DNA from: an uncultured Clostridia bacterium
Lineage (GTDB): Bacteria; Bacillota; Clostridia; Christensenellales; UBA1242
Direction: 5' to 3'
NCBI GenBank assembly: GCA_934756675.1
Contig: CAKVLG010000003.1
Location: forward strand, 48,768-112,767
DNA length: 64,000 nucleotides
Part shown: piece after piece, positions 20,838-28,596 of the stretch
How the letters are laid out: each line of letters starts with the position of its first letter
Position numbering within the stretch: position 1 is the stretch's first letter
Notes under the pieces: model-generated
Database searches by the model: none
What the model saw: the letters and a program-made list of their open reading frames with translations, nothing else
What the model was told of the DNA's origin: nothing
Made by a program: the position numbers and the translations under genes

Positions 20838-22247
20838 CTATTCTTTTCCAAAAATTTTATCAATACACTTAAATGCAAGTTCACTATTTGCTTTGCCTTG
20901 CGTTTGCTTCATCACTTGACCCATTATATAGTTTTTAATCTTTGGGTCTTGTTTTAAGTCGCTTGCAAGTTTTGGATTTTTTGCTTTTAACTCTTCTAAA
21001 ATTGCAACTATTGTCTGCTCTGACACATCTGAAATAAGGTTGAATTTAACCGCAAGTTCTTTTGGATCGCCGCCACACTCTATTACCTTTTCGAGTAATG
21101 CAAGCCCGCTCGCTTTTGTGATTTTCCCGCTATCTACTAGCTCAATAATTTCAGTAAAATGTTTTGCACTAATTGCAAACTCTTTTTGCCCTTCACTTGC
21201 AAGTTTGAATAAGTCTGTTATTATCCAATTGCAAATCTTTTTTGGACTGTCGTATAAGCTGACGCATTCATCAAAAAAGTCGGAAATATATTTCTCGCTA
21301 GTTAATAGCTCTGCATCGATTTCTTTTATGCCTTGCAAAATGTATTTCTCGCGGCGTTTTTCTGGGAGCATTGGTATTGATTTTTTTATTTGCTCCACAT
21401 CATCATTTCTGATCTCAATTGGCAAAACATCTGGGTCTGGGAAGTACCTATAATCTTGCGACTCTTCTTTAGAACGCATGGCAAAGTTTTCACCCGCAGC
21501 ATCGTCCCACTTGCGGGTTTCTTGCATTATTTTGCCGCCACTTTCAAGAATATCTTTTTGCCTTTGAATTTCGTACTCTATCGCTCTTTTAACGCTTTTA
21601 AATGAGTTAAGGTTCTTCATCTCGGTACGCGTGCCAAGAATTTTACTATCTTTTGGTTTTAGCGACAAGTTAACATCACAACGCATGCCACCTTGTTCCA
21701 TTTTACATTCCGCCACGCCCGCAAAAACAAGAGTTTCACGCACTTTTTTCAAAAACTCTACAACTTCATCACTGCCAGAAAAAACGGGTTCTGTAACCAT
21801 CTCAATTAGTGGCGTTCCACCACGGTTATAGTCGATTAATGTACCTTCTAATTTTGAAATATGGATAAGTTTGCCAGCATCTTCTTCGAGATGTATTCTG
21901 TTAAGTAACTTTTTTTCGCCGTTACTTAAGCGTACATATCCACCTTTACAAATTGGATATACAAATTGTGAAATCTGGTAAGCCTTAGACAGGTCTGGAT
22001 AAAAATAGTTTTTTCTTTCCATTTCGGCATATTCACTAATATCACAACCAAAGCACAGCCCTGCCTTGATGCAAAGTTCAACTGCATGTTTGTTTAAAAG
22101 TGGCAAAGCTCCCGGCATGCCTGTGCAAACTGGACAGGTGTTTATGTTTGGTTTTGCACCAAACTCGTTTTTACAAGAACAGAAAATTTTTGTTTTGGTT
22201 GCAAGTTCCGCATGAATTTCTAGACCGATAACAACATCAAATTCCAT
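20838..22247 (-). CDS. gatB: Asp-tRNA(Asn)/Glu-tRNA(Gln) amidotransferase subunit B
   Basis: 469 aa. N-terminus MEFDVVIGLEIHAELATKTKIFC and C-terminal YqeY-like tail. Last gene of aspS-gatCAB. Confidence 0.92.
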   Translation of the reverse strand: MEFDVVIGLEIHAELATKTKIFCSCKNEFGAKPNINTCPVCTGMPGALPLLNKHAVELCIKAGLCFGCDISEYAEMERKNYFYPDLSKAYQISQFVYPICKGGYVRLSNGEKKLLNRIHLEEDAGKLIHISKLEGTLIDYNRGGTPLIEMVTEPVFSGSDEVVEFLKKVRETLVFAGVAECKMEQGGMRCDVNLSLKPKDSKILGTRTEMKNLNSFKSVKRAIEYEIQRQKDILESGGKIMQETRKWDDAAGENFAMRSKEESQDYRYFPDPDVLPIEIRNDDVEQIKKSIPMLPEKRREKYILQGIKEIDAELLTSEKYISDFFDECVSLYDSPKKICNWIITDLFKLASEGQKEFAISAKHFTEIIELVDSGKITKASGLALLEKVIECGGDPKELAVKFNLISDVSEQTIVAILEELKAKNPKLASDLKQDPKIKNYIMGQVMKQTQGKANSELAFKCIDKIFGKE

Positions 22248-23662
22248 TATTTTCTCTCCTTTTTAATTATTTTTGCCAGTTTATATATATTTCGTTCTGT
22301 TTTTGGCTTACCAATTAATTGCAAACCGAGTGGAAGCCCATTTTCACCTTTTGCATAATCAATTGAAAGAGCTGGCACACCGGCAATAGATGCTGGAACT
22401 GTGAATAAATCTTCTAAATACATTTGCACAGGGTCCGCAGCCTTTTCGCCAAGTTTAAAAGCCTCACCAGGCGTTGTTGGAGTGATAATAACATCACAGC
22501 TATCAAACGCCTTGTTAAACTCTTGTTTTAACAATAATTGCAATTGTTTTGCCTTTTTATAATAGGCGTCAAAGTATCCACTAGACAGCACAAAGTTGCC
22601 GAGCATAATTCTGCGTTTTACTTCTTCGCCAAAACCAGCACTACGGCTTTTTACATAAATATCATCAATTGTTTTTGCATCAGCATCACGCACTGCATAC
22701 TTAACACCGTCAAACCTTGCAAGGTTGCTCGCCGCTTCAGCTGGCGTTAGAATATAATAACAAGCCAAACTGCTAGAAATGTGTGGCACACTTATCTCTT
22801 TTATCTCTATACCTTGTGCACGCAAATCTTCTATTTGTTTTTTAAATAGTGGGTACGATGCAAGCGACTGTATTTTTTCTTTTAGTTCCTTGCATAAGCC
22901 CACAACAATTTTGTCCCTTGTTTGTTGACTACTAATTTTGTTATCAATGCTTGTTTGATCGTACTCATCTTTGCCAGAAATGATATCTATGACATATTCG
23001 TTGTCTTCTATCGATTTTGTAATTGGACCCGCTTGGTCTGTCGATGAAGCAAATGCCACCAAACCATATCTTGAAACAGTGCCATATGTAGGCTTTATGC
23101 CAACGACACCATTAAAAGAACTTGGCTGACGTATTGAGCCACCCGTATCTGTACCAATCGCAATTGGTGCAAGATCAAGTTTAACACTGACCGCGCTGCC
23201 ACCAGAAGAACCACCCGCAACACGTGACTTATCACATGCATTGAGTGTTGCACCATATACACTTTTCTCACAGCTACCGCCCATCGCAAACTCGTCCATG
23301 TTTGCTCTGGCAATAATAATAGCATCTTCATCGAGCAGTTTCTTCACAACAGTGCTTGTGTATGGCGAAACAAAGCCCTTTAAAAATTTGCTTGCACAGG
23401 TCATAGTTTTTCCGCCATACATAATGTTGTCTTTTATAATAACAGGAATCCCCACAAGCTTGCCACATGGAATGTCACCCTTTATTTTTTCATCAATTTG
23501 TTTTGCTTTATCCACGCAATCTGCAAACACTTCAATAATTGCATTATATTCTTTTGCCTTTTCTATTCTTTTTAGATAATACTCGCAAACAGCTGCAGCC
23601 GAGAGTTGTTTAGACTTAATTAAGTCTACCATTTCCATAACTGATAAATCTTTTATTTCCAT
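22247..23662 (-). CDS. gatA: Asp-tRNA(Asn)/Glu-tRNA(Gln) amidotransferase subunit A
   Basis: Amidase signature GGSSGGSA...GTDTGGSIRQP. Start at ATG 23662 overlaps the gatC stop (TAATG). The track ORF adds 10 N-terminal codons. Confidence 0.92.
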   Translation of the reverse strand: MEIKDLSVMEMVDLIKSKQLSAAAVCEYYLKRIEKAKEYNAIIEVFADCVDKAKQIDEKIKGDIPCGKLVGIPVIIKDNIMYGGKTMTCASKFLKGFVSPYTSTVVKKLLDEDAIIIARANMDEFAMGGSCEKSVYGATLNACDKSRVAGGSSGGSAVSVKLDLAPIAIGTDTGGSIRQPSSFNGVVGIKPTYGTVSRYGLVAFASSTDQAGPITKSIEDNEYVIDIISGKDEYDQTSIDNKISSQQTRDKIVVGLCKELKEKIQSLASYPLFKKQIEDLRAQGIEIKEISVPHISSSLACYYILTPAEAASNLARFDGVKYAVRDADAKTIDDIYVKSRSAGFGEEVKRRIMLGNFVLSSGYFDAYYKKAKQLQLLLKQEFNKAFDSCDVIITPTTPGEAFKLGEKAADPVQMYLEDLFTVPASIAGVPALSIDYAKGENGLPLGLQLIGKPKTERNIYKLAKIIKKERK

Positions 23663-23931
23663 TATTCCACCACCAATGGCACTTGAAAGCACCCGTCTTT
23701 CTTTTTTGGAGCATTCATAAGCGGATCAAAATCTTTTACCACTTGTTCTTTGTCATCACGAAGACTAGAAAGCGGAACAGCCTTTTTCTTTTCTGTTTGT
23801 GGAAGGTCGAGCTTTGCAATTTCGTCAACAAAATCTATTATTTCTTCTAAACTCTTTTCAAACTCTTGTTTTTTGCTACTGTCAATTTCAAGTTTGCTTA
23901 AATCTTCTAAATGTTTAATATCAATCTTCAT
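23662..23931 (-). CDS. gatC: Asp-tRNA(Asn)/Glu-tRNA(Gln) amidotransferase subunit C
   Basis: 89 aa with GatC-like sequence (LSKLEI...DFVDEIAKLD...LRDD), placed between aspS and gatA. Confidence 0.85.
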   Translation of the reverse strand: MKIDIKHLEDLSKLEIDSSKKQEFEKSLEEIIDFVDEIAKLDLPQTEKKKAVPLSSLRDDKEQVVKDFDPLMNAPKKKDGCFQVPLVVE

Positions 23932-23939
23932 AATAACTC

Positions 23940-25670
23940 CTACCTTAGTTTTATGTGTACTTCTCTTAGCTGTTTCTCCGAAACTTCACAAGGGCCGCCC
24001 ATCATAAGGTCTTGCGCCTTGCCCGTCATTGGAAATGCAACAACTTCACGTATGCTCTGTTCACCCAAAAGTAGCATTAACATTCTGTCAACTCCTGGGG
24101 CGATACCAGCGTGTGGCGGTGCACCATACTTAAATGCAGTATACAACGCACCGAAGCGTTTTTCCAACTCTTCTTTGCCAATTCCTGCAATTTCGAATAT
24201 TTTTTCCATCATTTTTACATCTGTACAACGCACCGCGCCACTAGAGAGCTCCACACCGTCAACAACAATATCATATTGATAAGCTAAAATATCTAATGGG
24301 TCTTTCTCTTGTAATTCTTCTAGCGAACACTGTGGCAAACTGAAAGGGTTGTGGCAAAATTCAAGTTCGCCAGACTCTTCACCAATCTCATACATTGGGA
24401 AATCTACTATCCAACAAAATTTATATACACCAGTTTCCTTTAAGCCCAACCTTTCGCCTACACTAGTTCTAAGCATACTTGCAAGCTTATAGCATAATTT
24501 TTCACTGCTATCTGCGATAATAAAAATATCATCGCCAACTTTGGCACCAGTGACTTTTATTAAGTCGTCACATTCTTTTTTAGAAATAAATTTGACGATT
24601 GGTCCTTTTAAGCACCCATCTTCTTCAAGTCGCACATATGCAAGTCCTTTACCACCACTAGACAAGATTTGTTGTGTAAGCCGTTCGTAAAAACTACGTG
24701 GCTGATCTTTTGCACAAACTGCAAAGCCTTCTACCGTCTTTCCGCGGAACGCTTCAAACTCACTACCATTAAACACTGAGCTCAGGTCAGACATTTCTAT
24801 TTTTATCCTAAGGTCTGGCTTGTCTGTACCATATTTTATCAACGCTTCGCGGTAAGGTATCCTTATAAAATGCTTATCTTCCATTTTGCATTTACCATAC
24901 TTTGAAAAGACTTTATAAAGCACTTCTTCTGTTACAGCAAAAACATCTTCTTGTGTCGCAAAACTCATTTCCATATCAAGCTGATAAAATTCTCCAGGCG
25001 AGCGGTCTGCCCTAGCATCTTCGTCCCTGAAGCATGGTGCAATTTGAAAATATTTATCTACACCAGAACACATAAGCAATTGCTTAAATTGTTGTGGTGC
25101 TTGTGGAAGTGCATAAAACTTACCCTTATGCAAGCGACTTGGCACCAAATAATCTCTTGCACCTTCTGGGCTCGAAACACTTAATATTGGTGTTTGGACT
25201 TCTTCAAACCCAAGCTCGCGCATATATACACGCAAGTCAAATAACAAATCACTCCTAAGTTTTAACATTTGTTGCATTTTATAGCTTCTCAGGTCAAGAT
25301 AACGATATTTGAGCCTTACATCTTCGCTTGTTTTGTAACCTTCTTCGATTTCAAAAGGCAATGTTTTTGCCCTTGATAATACCTCTAATTTTTCAATTTC
25401 TATTTCAATTTTGCCGAGCTTAAACTTTTCATCATAAGTATCTTCGGCACGTTTAATCACTTTACCTGTCACACTAATAACACTTTCCTTAGATAGCGAA
25501 ACAAGTAAACTATCGTCGTGTGTGGTAAGTTGAACAACGCCAAAACTATCGCGCAATTCAATAAAAACAATACCACCATGGTCACGAACTACTTTAACAA
25601 AGCCAGCGATTTGCACGGTTTTTCCAATATAACTTTCGTCCAAATCTTTGGCTGTAATTGTTCTATACAT
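23940..25670 (-). CDS. aspS: aspartyl-tRNA synthetase (bacterial type; non-discriminating activity inferred only from operon context)
   Basis: 576-aa class IIb aaRS with an OB anticodon-binding N-terminus, motifs FRDEDARADR and GAPPHAGIAPGVDR, and an insertion domain. First gene of the operon with gatCAB. Confidence 0.92.
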   Translation of the reverse strand: MYRTITAKDLDESYIGKTVQIAGFVKVVRDHGGIVFIELRDSFGVVQLTTHDDSLLVSLSKESVISVTGKVIKRAEDTYDEKFKLGKIEIEIEKLEVLSRAKTLPFEIEEGYKTSEDVRLKYRYLDLRSYKMQQMLKLRSDLLFDLRVYMRELGFEEVQTPILSVSSPEGARDYLVPSRLHKGKFYALPQAPQQFKQLLMCSGVDKYFQIAPCFRDEDARADRSPGEFYQLDMEMSFATQEDVFAVTEEVLYKVFSKYGKCKMEDKHFIRIPYREALIKYGTDKPDLRIKIEMSDLSSVFNGSEFEAFRGKTVEGFAVCAKDQPRSFYERLTQQILSSGGKGLAYVRLEEDGCLKGPIVKFISKKECDDLIKVTGAKVGDDIFIIADSSEKLCYKLASMLRTSVGERLGLKETGVYKFCWIVDFPMYEIGEESGELEFCHNPFSLPQCSLEELQEKDPLDILAYQYDIVVDGVELSSGAVRCTDVKMMEKIFEIAGIGKEELEKRFGALYTAFKYGAPPHAGIAPGVDRMLMLLLGEQSIREVVAFPMTGKAQDLMMGGPCEVSEKQLREVHIKLR

Positions 25671-25812
25671 AATTTTCTCCTTTTATAATAAATTTTAATT
25701 TTTTATTTTAATTTTTTATTTTTTAGTTTTATAATTTTTGTTATTTATTTCAATACTTTTCACGCCACAATTGGCGTTGATTTGTCTTTTTTCCATAATT
25801 TTCTCCTATTTT

Positions 25813-25851
25813 GAAAAATAAAAAAGCGGAACAGGTTTTCCCATTCCGCTT
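25813..25851 (-). terminator. strong intrinsic terminator in the aspS leader (attenuator terminator)
   Basis: Minus strand AAGCGGAATGGG-AAAA-CCTGTTCCGCTT is a 12-bp stem (2 G-U pairs) followed by TTTTATTTTT. Confidence 0.8.
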
Positions 25852-25876
25852 AACAATTCTTTTTTATCTTATTTAT

Positions 25877-25957
25877 TTAGCAACAGAAAAGGAACCCATT
25901 TATAAATGTGTTAGAATTGTTATTATTATTGATATTAGCTAAAATAATTCTAAACAT
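25877..25957 (-). CDS. candidate Asn-rich leader peptide (26 aa) MFRIILANINNNNNSNTFINGFLFCC
   Basis: Below the ORF-track size cutoff. ATG at 25957 lies 10 nt after AAGGAGG. 8 of 26 codons are Asn. Its own promoter is upstream and the terminator begins 25 nt after the stop. Confidence 0.55.
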   Translation of the reverse strand: MFRIILANINNNNNSNTFINGFLFCC

Positions 25958-25983
25958 ATAATAGCTTCCTCCTTTTTTGTTTG

Positions 25984-26012
25984 ATAATACACCCAAAAAA
26001 CTATTCTGTCAA
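25984..26012 (-). promoter_or_regulatory. sigma-A type promoter of the aspS-gatCAB leader
   Basis: Minus strand TTGACA-17 nt-TATTAT, starting 9 nt after the stop of the upstream ABC-F gene. Confidence 0.6.
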
Positions 26013-26020
26013 CCATATTT

Positions 26021-27652
26021 CTATTTTTTGTGTTCTTTGTAATAATCATAGTTGCCATAGAAAGGCGTGGCGTTTCCACCAGCGAACTCATATACTTTAT
26101 CTGCAAACTTGTTGATAAAATATCTATCGTGGCTGATAAATACAAGGGTTCCAGAAAAGTTTTCTAACGCTTCTTCCAAAATTTCTTTTGTTGGAATGTC
26201 GATGTGGTTGGTTGGCTCGTCAAAGATAAGCGTGTTTATATCTTTTTGCAAGAGCTCTGCAAGTTTTACACGCATTTTTTCGCCACCAGAAAGATTTTTC
26301 ACACGTTTATTAACGTCTTGCTTATAGAATTGAAAGCTCGCCAAAATGTGCCTTGCTTTTTCTTCGGGGACACTGGCTTCTTCGATAAAATGCTCAAGAA
26401 GTGTAAGCTTGTCGTTCTTAAACTCAATAATTTGTGGCATGTATCCAATTTTTACACTTGGACCAATAACAATATCGCCCGTAAATGGCAAATCTTGAGT
26501 TTCCATAACGCATTTTATGAAGGTGGATTTTCCACTGCCATTTTCACCAATAATTGCCACTCTTTCGCCGCGGCAAATTGTAAGACTAATGTTGTTTAGT
26601 ATTTGCTTTACCCCAGGCACCGAAACCGACAAGTTGTTTACTTCAATAACTCTGTTACTATTTTTGTTTTTCTCAGAAAACTTGACATCAAGTTTCTTTT
26701 TTACTTGTGGTTTTTTTAGTGCGAATTTACGCATTCTATCTAGTCTTGTTTGCAATGAATGTGCCATACCACAAAGCGTTGCGCTATTTTTTGCCATACC
26801 TTCGGCAGCAAAATATTTTATTTGTTCTTCTAGGCGTTTCATTGCTTTTTGTTGGTCTTCATACTTTGCCATTTGTATTTCAAATTCACGCTTACTTTCT
26901 TCTAAAAAGCCAGAGTAGTTTGTGTAATATAGCTTTGCTTCACCCGCATCAAGTGACAAGATTTTGTTTGACATTCTATCCAAAAAATATCTATCGTGCG
27001 AAACAATTACAGTTGCACCTCTAAAAGATTTTATATAACCTTCTAGCCATTCAATACGTTCAATATCTAGGTGGTTTGTTGGCTCGTCTAGTAAAAATAA
27101 ATCAGGCTTAATAAGTAAAGCCTTAGCCAGCTGCACAAGAGTTTTTTCGCCGCCACTCAAGTCGTTATATGAAACATTTAAAATGCTACGATTGATATGC
27201 AAACCAGAAATTACAGACCCGATTGTGTGGTCGATTTCATAACCACCTGCAGCCATAAACTGCTCTTGCAAGTTGCAATATTTTTGCAAAATCACATCAT
27301 AATCATTGCTGCCAATTTCTGCCAGCATTTTATCTTGCAATTTTTGCAAACGTTTTTCCATTTCGATTAATTCTGTGAAAGAACTTTTTAAAATTTCTAT
27401 AACCGTGCGACTATCATCTATACTCGAACCAGTTTGGTCAAGATATGCCACACGTGCATCTTTTCTTATATTTATTTGACCACTGTCTGCTCTTTCTATC
27501 CCAGCGATAATTTTTAAAAGCGTAGACTTCCCCGAACCATTTGGACCAACAATCGAAATCGATTCGCCATCATTGAGCGAAAACGAAACATTTGAAAACA
27601 GTTCGCCATAACCAAAATTTTTACTTATTTTATTAACATCTAAAACTATCAT
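26021..27652 (-). CDS. ABC-F family ATPase (long inter-domain linker; possibly antibiotic-resistance/ribosome-protection type)
   Basis: 543 aa with two ABC cassettes (GPNGSGKST, GENGSGKST; LSGGEK twice) and no TM domain. About 125-nt structured leader. Confidence 0.85.
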   Translation of the reverse strand: MIVLDVNKISKNFGYGELFSNVSFSLNDGESISIVGPNGSGKSTLLKIIAGIERADSGQINIRKDARVAYLDQTGSSIDDSRTVIEILKSSFTELIEMEKRLQKLQDKMLAEIGSNDYDVILQKYCNLQEQFMAAGGYEIDHTIGSVISGLHINRSILNVSYNDLSGGEKTLVQLAKALLIKPDLFLLDEPTNHLDIERIEWLEGYIKSFRGATVIVSHDRYFLDRMSNKILSLDAGEAKLYYTNYSGFLEESKREFEIQMAKYEDQQKAMKRLEEQIKYFAAEGMAKNSATLCGMAHSLQTRLDRMRKFALKKPQVKKKLDVKFSEKNKNSNRVIEVNNLSVSVPGVKQILNNISLTICRGERVAIIGENGSGKSTFIKCVMETQDLPFTGDIVIGPSVKIGYMPQIIEFKNDKLTLLEHFIEEASVPEEKARHILASFQFYKQDVNKRVKNLSGGEKMRVKLAELLQKDINTLIFDEPTNHIDIPTKEILEEALENFSGTLVFISHDRYFINKFADKVYEFAGGNATPFYGNYDYYKEHKK

Positions 27653-27675
27653 ATTGTCATCTCCTAAAATTTGTC

Positions 27676-27748
27676 ATAAATAAAGTGTGGTGCTAATCGC
27701 AACACTAAACTTTATTTGTTAGTACATGATGACAGTATGATACCTCAC
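27676..27748 (-). promoter_or_regulatory. leader of the ABC-F gene: 9-codon mini-ORF abutting a terminator-like hairpin
   Basis: GTG 27748 (AAGGA 10 nt upstream) gives (M)RYHTVIMY and stop at 27719. Then AGTGT-TGC-GATTA-GCA-cc-ACACT followed by TTATTTAT. Alternative outer stem AAATAAAGT/ACTTTATTT. Confidence 0.4.
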
Positions 27749-27780
27749 AATTGTTAATTCCTTTTTTATTTTATGATTTT

Positions 27781-27809
27781 ATATTATATTGTTTACCTAT
27801 TTTTGTCAA
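27781..27809 (-). promoter_or_regulatory. promoter of the ABC-F gene at 26021..27652
   Basis: Minus strand TTGACA-17 nt-TAATAT, directly after the terminator of the upstream gene. Confidence 0.6.
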
Positions 27810-27813
27810 GCAC

Positions 27814-27846
27814 GAAAATAAAAAAAATAGCTAGCAGATAGCTAGC
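27814..27846 (-). terminator. intrinsic terminator after the 216-aa hypothetical gene
   Basis: GCTAGC-TATCT-GCTAGC (or the TAGCTA register) followed by TATTTTTTTT on the minus strand. Overlaps the stop codon. Confidence 0.55.
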
Positions 27847-28496
27847 TAAAATCGCCTTTCTTCGTTTCTCTCAAAAGGATCGATGTATTCATGTTCTTTT
27901 TTGCCAGTGGTTTGACTTGTCTTTTCGACCTTGATTTTTTGGTCTTCATAAATCATGTTTAGTCTATATCCACGTTTAAAATATGGTTTCATATTCTTAA
28001 AATCTTTTTCCACTAAATCAAACACCATGTCTGGGTCATCGCTGTATTGAAATCTGATTTTTTTGTCGAGCTTGCGGTCTTGGATAACGCCTTGCTTATC
28101 GATTTTATCAATTGGATAAACAATCAACTTGTCAATGCTGGCAGTAAACTCGAAACCAGAGTTTGCAACAAGCCCAACAAGTCTTCCGTCACTACCCACA
28201 ACTAAAAGTGTTTTCGATTGATTGATTACATTATTGCCATCAATATCTTTCCCTGGTACAAAACGCATATAAGGGAAAAATGCGAAATATTTGAAAACTG
28301 CGACTGGTTTTTTGTCACAAGCTTTTAGCAAGCCAAAACTTGTGCTTGCAATTTCAGACTTTTCACTGCTTGTAAGTGTTGCTTCCTTAACAAGATTAAG
28401 GTCAGCATCTATTTTGTTATTTCCGCAAGCATAATGACGCTTGTTTGTTTCATAAAGTGTGTGAAATCTCTTAAAAAAGCCTTCTCCAAAAACCAT
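27846..28496 (-). CDS. hypothetical protein (216 aa, soluble, no motif I recognise)
   Basis: Start placed at ATG 28496 (GGAGGGG 3 nt upstream); the track ORF starts at a TTG 4 codons earlier. Has its own extended -10 promoter candidate (TGATATACT) and terminator. Confidence 0.5.
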   Translation of the reverse strand: MVFGEGFFKRFHTLYETNKRHYACGNNKIDADLNLVKEATLTSSEKSEIASTSFGLLKACDKKPVAVFKYFAFFPYMRFVPGKDIDGNNVINQSKTLLVVGSDGRLVGLVANSGFEFTASIDKLIVYPIDKIDKQGVIQDRKLDKKIRFQYSDDPDMVFDLVEKDFKNMKPYFKRGYRLNMIYEDQKIKVEKTSQTTGKKEHEYIDPFERNEERRF

Positions 28497-28596
28497 AAGC
28501 CCCTCCAATTCAATTGCAGTATATCACACAAAAAACGCATTTTGCAAACAAAAAACCGTACAATTGCCCCATATTTTTAGTTTTTTTATTAATAAG

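Noticed and set aside
25697-25722. Tandem A/T-rich 13-mers considered as a CRISPR-like, iteron or microsatellite feature
   Set aside because: There are only two copies of a low-complexity A/T motif with no spacers and no cas genes. It is mentioned in the aspS-leader finding but not treated as a repeat element.
25671-26020. T-box riboswitch upstream of aspS, which is the expected regulator of an aaRS operon in Firmicutes
   Set aside because: I read the whole 350-nt leader on the minus strand. There is no T-box consensus (AAnnnGGGTGGTACCGCG-like) overlapping the terminator 5' arm, and no Stem I with a specifier loop, GA motif or AG bulge. The leader is too AT-rich and too short between promoter and terminator. 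The leader-peptide interpretation fits better.
25939-26145. 68-aa minus-strand track ORF spanning the ABC-F 3' end and the aspS leader
   Set aside because: It is out of frame with the ABC-F gene it overlaps and reads through the leader promoter. It has no SD. The 26-codon leader ORF with AAGGAGG is the better-supported reading of this region.
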